64,000 bases of DNA from a virus (IMGVR_UViG_3300037067_005519:32001-96000); one strand, 5' to 3'. Positions 19,303 to 28,571 are shown, counted from the first letter of the stretch. Notes: generated by a model not told the origin, from the letters alone. A program made the numbers and translations.

Positions 19303-19644
19303 CTAGTCAAAAAGGGACTCTGCCCAGTCGTGGACGGGACCGCCCTTGACGTGAACAGTTGATTTGCCGAATTGCACGTTGAAGCCGTCGTCTCGTTTCG
19401 TTACTGCAACTGTTGCGGTCAACGCTTTTGGCTGACGTTCGACTTCGATCTCGATGCCGTAGATGGTTCCGACAACCTCGTCCCGTGCGTTTGGGATGTG
19501 TGGACTCGTGGTGACGTGTATCTTGCCATCCTTGACGCCATGACGGCACCAATATGCACGAAGCTGTTGGGCATACTTGAAGATTTCGTCCGCCAAGTGC
19601 TCACGAGGATTTGTCAGCAGTTCGACTGGAAGTTCTTCTGCCAT
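19303..19644 (-). CDS. Hypothetical protein
   Basis: Operon context. Confidence 0.6.
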   Translation of the reverse strand: MAEELPVELLTNPREHLADEIFKYAQQLRAYWCRHGVKDGKIHVTTSPHIPNARDEVVGTIYGIEIEVERQPKALTATVAVTKRDDGFNVQFGKSTVHVKGGPVHDWAESLFD

Positions 19645-19830
19645 GTTTCAGCCTTTCGTCTTCGCAAGTAATGAAGCCTGGTTCATCGTGGTACTTGAAA
19701 AAGCGCTCAAGGCCACGTTGCGTATCTTCGGCGTCAGCCTTGGTCGCATACGGCCCGCACGGTTCGCAGTCTGGAATCTTCGTGACCCAGTAGCCGTCCG
19801 GTTTCTTGATGACCTTCATCTTGGTCTCAG

Positions 19831-20139
19831 TCACCAGTCGATCTCCCGAGCCGTGAACGTCGCGCCTTGTGCTTTCAGCCAAGGTTCCAGTTTGTTCTCA
19901 AAGCATTCAGGGCAGACGTGGTAGTCGCGGAATTCGATGTTTGTTGACTCGGGACAATTGAATCCACGGCCAATGAAGACGCCGGTTTTCGCCACGTTGT
20001 CGTGCAGGTGTTCCCAATTGATGCCGTCACTGTCCGTGTCAGCCATCGAGAAAACCTTGCCGCACAGATCGCAGGTTACGCTCTCGACGAACTCACGGGT
20101 GGTCGCTGGCACCGGAAGTATTTGTTTCTTCACACTCAT
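19831..20139 (-). CDS. Zinc-ribbon protein
   Basis: CDLCG...CPECF. Confidence 0.65.
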   Translation of the reverse strand: MSVKKQILPVPATTREFVESVTCDLCGKVFSMADTDSDGINWEHLHDNVAKTGVFIGRGFNCPESTNIEFRDYHVCPECFENKLEPWLKAQGATFTAREIDW

Positions 20140-20328
20140 GTTTCACGCTCACGTCTAGGGTCTTGTAAATGCCAAGCACGGCTTCGGCCGGATCATTGGC
20201 CTGCACAACCTGGCCGTCGTAGTACGCCCACCAGTATCCCAAGGCCGCCTTATTCGAGAGGCGAATTTGGAAGCCTTCCTTAGAGGCCGCCCGGAGCGCC
20301 TCCATCGCAATATGATCCCGCTCTGGAT

Positions 20329-20802
20329 TTACCATTTCAGCTTTGCCGCCTCATCAAGGACAATGAACAGCCGTGCCCAAGTTATCTTGTGCATCTGCAT
20401 CTTGTGGCGGTTTTCCTTGAACCAAGTCCAGTTGTTTGGATCAGGCCATGCTCCTACATAGACTTTGCCGGCGGCCAACCAATCAGCCACCATTTCCCGC
20501 ACGGCCGCTTCTGGCATAGGTAGCGGACCAGCTTCATTATTGCCCTTGCAGTGCGGCGTTCGCCCTACCCAATACTCTGGGTGATGATCGTTGGTATTCT
20601 GATGGTGGAGCCACGCACGAGCAAACCCCTCTGGGTCGCCGCGATCGCCGTGAAATTGGCGGGCATAGGGACCGAACTCGGCGGCCGACCATTTGCTCAC
20701 ATCATGTTTCAACAGCCGCCAGAGCGACACCTTGAGGCGTAACCCGGCCATCAGCACGTACCATTTATGGCGCAACGTCTGAATCAGGTGCTTCGTCCGC
20801 AT
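20329..20802 (-). CDS. HD-like phosphohydrolase (DUF5662-like)
   Basis: HKWYV..HDVSK..AWLHHQNTNDHHPEYW..EMVADW. Confidence 0.75.
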   Translation of the reverse strand: MRTKHLIQTLRHKWYVLMAGLRLKVSLWRLLKHDVSKWSAAEFGPYARQFHGDRGDPEGFARAWLHHQNTNDHHPEYWVGRTPHCKGNNEAGPLPMPEAAVREMVADWLAAGKVYVGAWPDPNNWTWFKENRHKMQMHKITWARLFIVLDEAAKLKW

Positions 20803-21023
20803 TGTGTCTCCTCATACGATGGAACGTCGATGGCCACGATCTCTGGTAATCGAACTGTATGCCCTTGTCGATTACGTCGTGTGATGACGCCCTTGCAGGC
20901 TTGCGGACCCTCCGGGCTGGTCCAAACCGATGCAACCGACTGATCGACCCAGGAGGTTCCGTAGTCGTTGCTTCGCCGATACCAGCGGCCCGTCTTTTGG
21001 TCTCGAAGCATAAAGAATGTCAT
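20784..21023 (-). CDS. Hypothetical protein
   Basis: Operon coupling. Confidence 0.5.
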   Translation of the reverse strand: MTFFMLRDQKTGRWYRRSNDYGTSWVDQSVASVWTSPEGPQACKGVITRRNRQGHTVRLPEIVAIDVPSYEETQCGRST

Positions 21024-21180
21024 AGCTTCACGTACTCTCCGATCTTCTTCTTTGTCTTGACGACTCGATATTGCAGTCCTTTTGCCCGAGCCGCATTGAG
21101 CATGTTCGACTTGTAGCCCTTCTTAACGATACGCCCTCGTCCATGCCATTCGATGACTACCAGAGCGAATTCGTTAGAAA

Positions 21181-21546
21181 CTAGCATTGATGCTGTTCGT
21201 GGGCAGTTGCCCAAAATTGTTTCAGTTTGGCTGCCAAGCGTTCCGCCGCACCTTCGATTGCAATCTCAGCCTCGACGTTCAGCCAGAATTCCTTCAAGCT
21301 GGCAAGCGCCGCCGAGATACCAGCGACTCTGGCTTCCGTCTCCTCACTCATCGGGCCTGGCTGAGGACGGTTCGCGTAGTGGACCTCATCCGATTCAGCC
21401 ACGACGACTGTGCCGTCTGGCTTGATGAGAGTACAGTGGCTTCCGGGAATGTCGAGCTTTGCCAACAGCGTCAGCAGGTTTCGACGACTCAATCGTACTT
21501 GCATCGTTCTGTTCCTTTGGATAGTCCCATTCCCACGCGCCGTCAC
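21181..21546 (-). CDS. Hypothetical protein
   Basis: LSRRNLLTLLAKLD motif; true start probably MQVRL. Confidence 0.55.
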   Translation of the reverse strand: MTARGNGTIQRNRTMQVRLSRRNLLTLLAKLDIPGSHCTLIKPDGTVVVAESDEVHYANRPQPGPMSEETEARVAGISAALASLKEFWLNVEAEIAIEGAAERLAAKLKQFWATAHEQHQC

Positions 21547-21708
21547 GCACGCGGAGTTGGGATGTGCAGTAGCGACAATGCAACGTGTCGCCTTCGTTTT
21601 CGGTCACAAGAGCTTCATCGAGCGTTGCGATGCAGCATCGCATTACTCCGCCGATTCGCAGAGGCAGTTGGCGTAGGTGTGGTTCGTTCATGCTGTTCTC
21701 AAAGTAAT

Positions 21709-21880
21709 TGCGGCGGGCCGGGCCTGATTCCGGCTCCCAGGCGCACCCATACGATGGGCTTTGTAGTCTGGTAGGTTACAAACGTGGCGCTTCACGTCCT
21801 ACCATTCCGGGTCTGGCACCCTGGCGTCAGCTTTGACAGCACCCACCAAGGCCCTGTGTGTCCATCCACACCGCCGCCGC
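21709..21880 (-). ncRNA. tRNA-like RNA with ~110 nt structured (pseudoknotted) insert in the anticodon position
   Basis: GCGGCGG/CCGCCGC acceptor, GTGT-GGATGGAC-ACAC D arm, GCCGG/CCGGC T-like arm; starts 4 nt after tRNA-Glu. Confidence 0.6.
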
Positions 21881-21884
21881 AAAG

Positions 21885-21958
21885 TAGCCCCGGACAGAAT
21901 CGAACTGTCATCTCCGGCCTGAAAAACCGGCGTCCTAAACCGTTAGACAGACGGGGCC
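21885..21958 (-). tRNA. tRNA-Glu(TTC)
   Basis: GGCCCCG/CGGGGCT acceptor; CCGGT-TTTTCAG-GCCGG; GACAG-TTCGATT-CTGTC. Confidence 0.9.
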
Positions 21959-22004
21959 AAGTCAACCGGCCTGCTACAAGCAGGCCGGAAGCAGAAAGGA
22001 GTCC

Positions 22005-23345
22005 CTACTTCGTAGGCTCGGTTGGAAGAACCCCGGTTGCACGGAGCAACATGAGGTTCATCAAATTCTCATTGAGGCCGCCGCCTTTGCCTTCCTTGTT
22101 GTCACCAACGATCACCACGGCAGGCGTCTTCACACCGGCCAGGGCTGCGGCGACCTTTGCGTCCCGATCGGCCTTAATCGTCGCCAGGATGCGGTCTTTG
22201 TCGGACAAGCCGCCAGCAATCTCGATTTCCTTGGCTTTTGCTTCGGCAGCCGAGATCACGGCTTTTTTATCCAGTTCAGCCCGTTCAGCCTTGATCTGGG
22301 CGATCGCCTTCAAGGTCTCGGCTTCCTGCTTGTCTTGCAGAGCGACTTCAACCTTCTGTTGGGCCTTCGTCACGGCCTCGGCCTTCTGAATCACGGCAAC
22401 TTCCTGTTGCTGTTGAGCAGCGACGGTCGCTTTCTTCTTTTCGAGATTGGCAGCGGCCTCGGTCTCGGCGACCTGTCGCAGACCACGCTCGATAATCATC
22501 AGTTTTTGTTGCTGCTCTTCCTGACGCTGAGCCTTGGCCTGCTCGGCAGCCAAGTAGGACTGCTTCTTCGCAGCAAATTGCTCCAGAGTCTTGGAGTCGT
22601 ATTCCGTTTCGGTCACGCTAAATTGAATGACCTCAATGCCATACCTCTTCAAGGGCGACTCTTGCACGACGATCGGCTGTCCCTTTTCATCGCGGACGAT
22701 CTTTGTGGCGGCAACCTTCGCCTTCTTCTCACGCATGATCGCTTTGCCATCCGCACCAATGCCGGCGGCTTCCATTTGGGCAACGTCATTCAGTTCAACT
22801 TCGGTTCTCTCCATCTCGAAGAGACCTTTGATGAGTTGCTCTTCGACGACCTGGTTAAATTCGGCCTTACGGCTCGCTTGGTTCTCGCTGGCCGACATCA
22901 TGGGGCCGGTGCTCTTTACGCAATTCGTCAGGTGAGCTTTGACTGCATCGACGATGCTATCCTGGTTGGAAGCATAGTCCTGATGAATCAAGAGTCGATG
23001 GGCTTCATCCGAGGGCAAACGAATCTTGACGAAGCTGCCGATTTGAGCCGTGCCGCCGTCGTTGAACGTAACACGGATTGAATCATCGCTCTTGCTGCCT
23101 TCCTTTACGCTGGCGCTGTAATAATGCTGCATCGAGCGCGGCATAGTCCAGACGGTGGCAAACCACTTACCGTAGTACCCAGACTTGTCGATCACGGATA
23201 CATTGCCGCTGACGGACTGGTAGACTTGATAGTCCTGCATATTGTTGTGGCCAACCAATCCACCCCACATGATCCCTACCAGGATCAGGGCGAGAAAGGT
23301 CACGATGCCGGCCGCAGCCAGCTTCACTTGGGTAGCAGCACTCAT
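22005..23345 (-). CDS. SPFH/band 7 membrane protein with long coiled coil
   Basis: N-terminal TM, IRVTFNDGG, A/E/K/Q-rich heptads; GGAGG RBS. Confidence 0.85.
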   Translation of the reverse strand: MSAATQVKLAAAGIVTFLALILVGIMWGGLVGHNNMQDYQVYQSVSGNVSVIDKSGYYGKWFATVWTMPRSMQHYYSASVKEGSKSDDSIRVTFNDGGTAQIGSFVKIRLPSDEAHRLLIHQDYASNQDSIVDAVKAHLTNCVKSTGPMMSASENQASRKAEFNQVVEEQLIKGLFEMERTEVELNDVAQMEAAGIGADGKAIMREKKAKVAATKIVRDEKGQPIVVQESPLKRYGIEVIQFSVTETEYDSKTLEQFAAKKQSYLAAEQAKAQRQEEQQQKLMIIERGLRQVAETEAAANLEKKKATVAAQQQQEVAVIQKAEAVTKAQQKVEVALQDKQEAETLKAIAQIKAERAELDKKAVISAAEAKAKEIEIAGGLSDKDRILATIKADRDAKVAAALAGVKTPAVVIVGDNKEGKGGGLNENLMNLMLLRATGVLPTEPTK

Positions 23346-23358
23346 GGGAACCTCCGGG

Positions 23359-23628
23359 TTAGAAAGGGGTGGGTTTGCGTCGAACTTGACGCTTGATCGT
23401 ACTTGCCGTCTCACGCTCCCTATGGGCAGCGTTTCGGGCTTCTTCTGCACGTTGTCGAGCATTCTGCTCAGCATGTTGCAGGTCTTTCAAGACTTCCTCG
23501 GCGGTCTCTGGCGACGGCTTTACGCCACCGATGAGTCCTGAAAACCACTTGGAGTGGATCAGCCATCGGTAGAGTAAAAAGGCCGCTGCCATCAACGCGA
23601 AGAAGGCCAGTGCTTCAATTGCGGGCAT
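23359..23628 (-). CDS. Single-TM protein
   Basis: N-terminal TM; AAGGA RBS. Confidence 0.6.
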   Translation of the reverse strand: MPAIEALAFFALMAAAFLLYRWLIHSKWFSGLIGGVKPSPETAEEVLKDLQHAEQNARQRAEEARNAAHRERETASTIKRQVRRKPTPF

Positions 23629-23680
23629 GTCAGTATCCTTGGCTCAAAGGGTTGAAGGTGTCGGGATAAGAGACGTTCAG

Positions 23681-23959
23681 TCAATCCCAATCGTCATCTT
23701 CGTCTTCCCAGTAGTCGTCTTCGTCCCAGTCATCGCCCCAGTCGTCGTCATCGAAGATCGAGTCGCCGCAATCGTGATCGTCCCAGTTGTTGTCCCAGGG
23801 ATCGTCCCAATCGTCGTCTTCCCAATCTTCATCCTCTTCCCAGTCGTCATCCTCGTCTGGGTCGTCCTCTTCATCCTCTTCCTCACAGGGATCGTCCCAC
23901 TCGTCGCGGTCGTCGAGAGGGTCTTCCTCCCAATTGAATCCGTCGCTTTCAGCGCACAT
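23681..23959 (-). CDS. Extremely acidic Asp/Glu/Trp-repeat protein
   Basis: DDDWEEDEDWEDDDWDD repeats; AAGGA RBS. Confidence 0.65.
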   Translation of the reverse strand: MCAESDGFNWEEDPLDDRDEWDDPCEEEDEEDDPDEDDDWEEDEDWEDDDWDDPWDNNWDDHDCGDSIFDDDDWGDDWDEDDYWEDEDDDWD

Positions 23960-23970
23960 GGCGAATGTCC

Positions 23971-24342
23971 TTATGTCAGTCGAGAGTTAAACCACAAGTC
24001 GAGTTCTCGTTTGGCAGCGGCCGTCGAGTCCGAGGCGTGAACCAGATTCCTTGGGTTGCAGACGAGATCAGCCATATTGATGCGGATTCTCTCTGCAACC
24101 TCTCGAACCTTGAACACGTTGCCCGTAATTGCTAACGCGCAAACCCGACCGCTGCACATGAACGCTTGCAAACCCGGATAGAAGCTCTTGCTGACGTGCT
24201 CAGTGTAATGCTTTGCACACAGCGCTTCATCCATCGTCGTCAGATACATGCCGGCGATTCCGAAAGACTCAAAATCGGAGATGAGTTCTCCCATGAGCTT
24301 TTGTTCGATCGCATCAGGCTTAATGAGGACCAGGCTGCTCAC
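23971..24342 (-). CDS. ndk: Nucleoside diphosphate kinase
   Basis: LVLIKPDA, HYTEHVSKSFY, NLVHASDS. Confidence 0.93.
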   Translation of the reverse strand: MSSLVLIKPDAIEQKLMGELISDFESFGIAGMYLTTMDEALCAKHYTEHVSKSFYPGLQAFMCSGRVCALAITGNVFKVREVAERIRINMADLVCNPRNLVHASDSTAAAKRELDLWFNSRLT

Positions 24343-24581
24343 GTCACGTTCTCCACTTCCGCTGGCGCATCGTCCAGCGATTCGCCGGCACAGATACAGA
24401 CATTTTTTTTCAGCAAGATGTCACATGGGCAAGGCTTTGTCCGGTTACAGACGCAATGTCCAATCTTCTTGGCTCGTGCCATAACTTGCTCGCGTTTGAT
24501 CTGAACCTGATCGACAGTAATTACCGTCGCCTGTTCTTCCGGCGTAAGGTCTCCCCAGGCCCGTTCGACTTCGGGTGACAT
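24339..24581 (-). CDS. Small Cys-rich protein resembling the ferredoxin-thioredoxin reductase catalytic domain
   Basis: CVC...CPC...CIC triple CxC pattern. Confidence 0.55.
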   Translation of the reverse strand: MSPEVERAWGDLTPEEQATVITVDQVQIKREQVMARAKKIGHCVCNRTKPCPCDILLKKNVCICAGESLDDAPAEVENVT

Positions 24582-24922
24582 CACTCTGGCACCATGACTT
24601 TCTCGATCTCGACCTTGGCGATCACGCCCAAGTCGTCGATCTCGCTCTTCTTGTCTCTGGCAGCCGACTCGTCGTCGAACAGTTGATTGATGGCCATGCC
24701 ACAGCATTCGCCGACGACACGGTACTTCTCAACCATTGGGCGCACGAGCACCTTAATCTCGGAGTAGTCGCCCTTCGTGATCCGCAGGACGTTACCCGCT
24801 TCGTCAGTGACCTTGACACCAACGATATTGTTGTTGGTGTAGTCAAGTTCCACTGTCATGCCATTCAGGGCAATGTCGGTAGGTGCCTTGACCTGCACCC
24901 ATTTGCTTGCGATCGTAGCCAT
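24581..24922 (-). CDS. Hypothetical protein
   Basis: GGAG RBS. Confidence 0.65.
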   Translation of the reverse strand: MATIASKWVQVKAPTDIALNGMTVELDYTNNNIVGVKVTDEAGNVLRITKGDYSEIKVLVRPMVEKYRVVGECCGMAINQLFDDESAARDKKSEIDDLGVIAKVEIEKVMVPE

Positions 24923-25023
24923 GATTTCTCCCTTGGTATAATGGGTATCGGTTGCGGCTTAGGTAAGCTCTACCGATCCCATAAGATTTCCGGTTGGCGC
25001 AAACATTCCGGTTGTGCCTACGC

Positions 25024-25215
25024 CTATTTGTGTGTGGGCCAAAGGCAGCGAATCAGGGCGAACAGCCCGATCGCTTGCCAGAAATTGATGGTGGGAAGGT
25101 GAAAGAGAACCGGCATCAGCCAGTTCCACAGCCACATAATGGGAAAACCCACCAGCAGGCCAATGACGACCAAGAACACCAGCACAACACACGATCCAAC
25201 AATCAGCTTGTCCAC
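25024..25215 (-). CDS. Small membrane protein
   Basis: MWLWNWLMP...LPTINFWQAIGL. Confidence 0.7.
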   Translation of the reverse strand: MDKLIVGSCVVLVFLVVIGLLVGFPIMWLWNWLMPVLFHLPTINFWQAIGLFALIRCLWPTHK

Positions 25216-25322
25216 GAAAGTCTCCTTGTGAAAGATTGCCGGCCGCCGATCAACAGGCCCCGGCAGTAGGCTGATACCAACCCGAGTTGTTCGAGTCTGG
25301 TTGTTTAACGGACTCTGACGGC

Positions 25323-26237
25323 CTATCCGTTTCTTAGGCGTTTGACGCCCTGGCGTACAAGCCAGACGACTGCCTTGGCGTCCTCAACGGCGGTGTGAGC
25401 CACCGTGTTGTCGTAGCCGGCTCGCTCATAACACGTCTTGCTGTCGGGCAGCCGTTCATCCTCCGCTGGATTCCAGAAGAGGATGGCCGGATCAATGACC
25501 CGATGGCGGAACTTGACGTGCAGATCGAAGTACGGTAGTCGATTCAGAAATTGCATGTCGAAGGACGCGAAGTTCTTGCCCGCCGCTTGAACGCTTTTGG
25601 GGTCAAGACCGTGGCCCGCGATCCAGGCAGAGAACAACTCCGCGAACTCAAAATCGCGGCAGAAGCACGATACTCCAGGCGGGGTGCCGCCAAACGTCAG
25701 CGCTTCTGCCAGGCCGTATTGCCGGCCCATCGTTAGGAGGAAATTCGGTATCTCGTACCAGTGCATGGGCATGTCGCCCAGCAACTTGAGCATGGCTGCC
25801 TGCGGGAAGCCTTTCGTTGGCACAGCACATTTATCCATCCAAGTGGCCAGGGCCTCCCTTGGCATGGATTGCTGCTCTTCTTGCGGCCGGTTGGCGATCG
25901 TCTTCAACAGATTGGCGTTGAGGGCCATAGCAAATGGTGACCCGGATACCTCATCGTAGGAGAACACACGACGGAAGACTGGCAACTGGTCGATCGGTGA
26001 CTTCCAGTCGTCCATGACCGCGCCAACCTCCAAAGTCTGACACGTCTCCGGGTTCAAGCCGGTTGTCTCGATGTCAATGCTGACATAGGGCAACTTGAGC
26101 GCAACGGCTGGCAGACCAGGCTCACGGTGAGCCTCGCCAAGGTGCCCGGACCAACCGCATCCATTGCAGTGTCCTAGCGATGGATTGAGGTCGTTGGTCT
26201 TCAACATCTCTTCGCACTCAGGGCAAAACTTCTTCAT
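25323..26237 (-). CDS. DEDDh 3'-5' exonuclease (DnaQ/oligoribonuclease-like) with N-terminal zinc ribbon and internal insertion
   Basis: SIDIETTGL, GKNFASFD, AHTAVEDA. Confidence 0.88.
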   Translation of the reverse strand: MKKFCPECEEMLKTNDLNPSLGHCNGCGWSGHLGEAHREPGLPAVALKLPYVSIDIETTGLNPETCQTLEVGAVMDDWKSPIDQLPVFRRVFSYDEVSGSPFAMALNANLLKTIANRPQEEQQSMPREALATWMDKCAVPTKGFPQAAMLKLLGDMPMHWYEIPNFLLTMGRQYGLAEALTFGGTPPGVSCFCRDFEFAELFSAWIAGHGLDPKSVQAAGKNFASFDMQFLNRLPYFDLHVKFRHRVIDPAILFWNPAEDERLPDSKTCYERAGYDNTVAHTAVEDAKAVVWLVRQGVKRLRNG

Positions 26238-26584
26238 GTGGTCCTCGCTGCAAGCTGTTCCTGCACTTTGGCTAATTCCGTGAACACGTCCTGAATCAAG
26301 CACGTCCCGTGCGACAGTTCCTCAGTCGAAACGGATACGATGACCTCCGGGTCCGCCAGTATCTTTCGCATAGCCTTGAGGCAGCCGACGATCCTGTCGA
26401 AATAGTCAATGCTGATCTGGTAGTCGATGGTGAGCTTGTCATCATCTGCGGTTGGTGGCATCTGATCGCCCATCAGCATCTTCGCTGACTGCTTATGTTT
26501 TCCTGCCTTGCCCTTGTCCAGAACCAGTCTGAACTTGAGCCTTTCAGTTCGCGTTGGCGATCCTTCGTAGATGGTCTGGCTCAT
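26234..26584 (-). CDS. Hypothetical protein
   Basis: AGGAG RBS, coupled genes. Confidence 0.55.
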   Translation of the reverse strand: MSQTIYEGSPTRTERLKFRLVLDKGKAGKHKQSAKMLMGDQMPPTADDDKLTIDYQISIDYFDRIVGCLKAMRKILADPEVIVSVSTEELSHGTCLIQDVFTELAKVQEQLAARTT

Positions 26585-26940
26585 TGGACTCCTAGCTCTT
26601 TGAGCGCGGTTTTCTCGGCTTGCGTGAGCTTGCTGAGGGCTTCTTTGCGGAGGCGGACGAGCTTTTGGTATTCCGCTTTCTCGACTTTGTAGGCGTCGAT
26701 TGCGAGCTTGTACGCTTTCTGGCACGCTTCCTTGGTGCTTCGGCCGGTTCCTCCGCAGGCGGTGCAGGTGGTTCTTGGTCCATAGGCGATATAGGCTTGT
26801 CCGTTTCGCTCAAGGAAGAACCCTCTTCCTTTGCAGGCGAGACATGGGTATCGTCGTCCGTTGGGTCCGTTGCCATCGCTCCCGTTGGCCCAGCAAAAGA
26901 GGCCGAAATTCTTGTAAGGGCGTCTTGGTCCAGGTCGCAT
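26581..26940 (-). CDS. DnaJ-type CxxCxGxG zinc-finger protein
   Basis: CLACKGRG, CTACGGTG. Confidence 0.65.
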   Translation of the reverse strand: MRPGPRRPYKNFGLFCWANGSDGNGPNGRRYPCLACKGRGFFLERNGQAYIAYGPRTTCTACGGTGRSTKEACQKAYKLAIDAYKVEKAEYQKLVRLRKEALSKLTQAEKTALKELGVQ

Positions 26941-27347
26941 ATCTCGATGTCCTTACGCTTCCGTGTCGTCGTGTCCATCAGCAAGCCGTACACGTTACGG
27001 TTCAACTTCGGCCTGACCCACAGTGGATAACCAGATGGAACCTTGCCAAACAGTTCCTCCAATTTGCGGATGCCTGTTCCCTCGGCCGCCTGTTGCCAAA
27101 GACGTTGATGTTTCTCGCACGCTTCTTGGGCGGCCTTGAAGGTCTTGAACAGCCGGCGGCTGCTCACGAAGTCCCACATCTCGCTGCCGTTCGGCAACAG
27201 GATGCGAACGGTCGCTTGGAAGGCGGCCGGCAGCGCAATCCCCCAGGCTTCACAGCGCCAGACGATGCGATATTTCTCCTCTGACATCCAGGTCTTGCGG
27301 ACCTTCTTGTTTTGGCCCTTAATCTTCTTGCGGGTGAATTCCATCAT
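26592..27347 (-). CDS. Hypothetical protein whose low-complexity C-terminus overlaps the next gene
   Basis: Start coupled to upstream stop. Confidence 0.6.
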   Translation of the reverse strand: MMEFTRKKIKGQNKKVRKTWMSEEKYRIVWRCEAWGIALPAAFQATVRILLPNGSEMWDFVSSRRLFKTFKAAQEACEKHQRLWQQAAEGTGIRKLEELFGKVPSGYPLWVRPKLNRNVYGLLMDTTTRKRKDIEICDLDQDALTRISASFAGPTGAMATDPTDDDTHVSPAKEEGSSLSETDKPISPMDQEPPAPPAEEPAEAPRKRARKRTSSQSTPTKSRKRNTKSSSASAKKPSASSRKPRKPRSKS

Positions 27348-27805
27348 GCGGCATTCATCAACTCGGCGTAGTCGAAGCCTCCGCTTCGTAGGGCGTCTCG
27401 AATGTCAATGCAGGCTTGTGCCGCTTCCAGGACTTTGTTGTTGAGCACGAGCATGTAGGCCGGCAAAGCAATCTCACCACGAACGAACTGGCGGCCCTTG
27501 TCGGTTACGCGCCAATAGCCGGAGGTCGGACGCTTGTCAGTAGGCGACATTGGTTCAATCAAGCCCCAGTATTCGAGCTTGCCGTAGTCGGCGTTGAATT
27601 CCCGATGGTCCTTCACGTCATGGTTGACATGGAACCACTTGTCGTCGTATTTCCTGGCCGCCCGTATCAGGAACAGCGCAAGTCCAGCATTCAACTTTCG
27701 GCGATAGACTTTGGTGTATCGGCCGCAACATGGACAATGGGTGCCCTTGTCAACCTGCTGGAGAAACAGTTCTTTGGCTTCGCTGAGGGGTCTGTCGGTA
27801 ATCAT
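27344..27805 (-). CDS. Zinc-ribbon/winged-helix protein
   Basis: CPCCGR..KVYRRKL; KLEYWGLIE..GYWRVTDKG. Confidence 0.7.
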   Translation of the reverse strand: MITDRPLSEAKELFLQQVDKGTHCPCCGRYTKVYRRKLNAGLALFLIRAARKYDDKWFHVNHDVKDHREFNADYGKLEYWGLIEPMSPTDKRPTSGYWRVTDKGRQFVRGEIALPAYMLVLNNKVLEAAQACIDIRDALRSGGFDYAELMNAA

Positions 27806-27808
27806 GGT

Positions 27809-28375
27809 CTATTCCATGTTGTGCGTGATGATCGTGCCGTGTTGCCCATTGCCAGAAATGTTCTTGATGACAATGGCCTCACTGAAATCAGTCAAGGCGG
27901 TCCAGTAGACGGACACTCCGTAGCGACGGAGCCGGCGTCTTGTCTCGTGTGTCAACTTATCCTGAACTTCATCAGTCAAATGTTGTAGCAGGTATTCGAG
28001 CGTGTGCGTGGTAATGACCTTCGTAATGGCCACCATCGAAATGTCATTTAGCGTATCGCTGACATCCCAATTCCTGGCGATCGTGGCCACAACATCGTTG
28101 ATCGCGTAGACCACGACTCCACTGACGACGATCTTCTTTCCGTCCGACGTAAGCAATGCTTGTGTAGGAAGATTGTGGGTCTGTCTAGCCGTAGGGATGA
28201 CTTCGACCTCTGTTACCAGAGGCCAGTAGACATGCAAACCTGGCTGCAAAGGTGAAACCTTTGATCCATACCTGAATCGCGCTCCAGCGTGGGTTGAACG
28301 AACTATGAGGATGCGGGGAATCCACCTTGCTAGCCACTCAAATAGCCAGCCGATCCATGCAAAAGCGCCTTCCAT
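27809..28375 (-). CDS. SPFH/band 7 (stomatin-like) protein
   Basis: LQPGLHVYWPL; LLTSDGKKIVVSGVVVY. Confidence 0.85.
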   Translation of the reverse strand: MEGAFAWIGWLFEWLARWIPRILIVRSTHAGARFRYGSKVSPLQPGLHVYWPLVTEVEVIPTARQTHNLPTQALLTSDGKKIVVSGVVVYAINDVVATIARNWDVSDTLNDISMVAITKVITTHTLEYLLQHLTDEVQDKLTHETRRRLRRYGVSVYWTALTDFSEAIVIKNISGNGQHGTIITHNME

Positions 28376-28376
28376 C

Positions 28377-28571
28377 TCAATATCCTCTCCCACGGTGTTT
28401 CCGTGGATGCAGTGGACTGTAGGTGTTGCGAGTGGCCGGCGCTTTGGTAATCGCTCGGCGGACTCGACGCACACCGCACTTGGCGCAGCGCGTGGGCTGC
28501 TTAGCATTCATTGGCTGAAAGGCTTCGCTGGTTTCGCCACACGCACCGCACACAAGGTCGTAAAGCGGCAT
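28377..28571 (-). CDS. FmdB-family zinc ribbon protein
   Basis: MPLYDLVCGACG...CAKCG. Confidence 0.85.
   Translation of the reverse strand: MPLYDLVCGACGETSEAFQPMNAKQPTRCAKCGVRRVRRAITKAPATRNTYSPLHPRKHRGRGY

Noticed and set aside
21709-21880. tmRNA
   Set aside because: Too short, has a D stem, no G3-U70 pair and no tag ORF; kept as an unknown tRNA-like RNA
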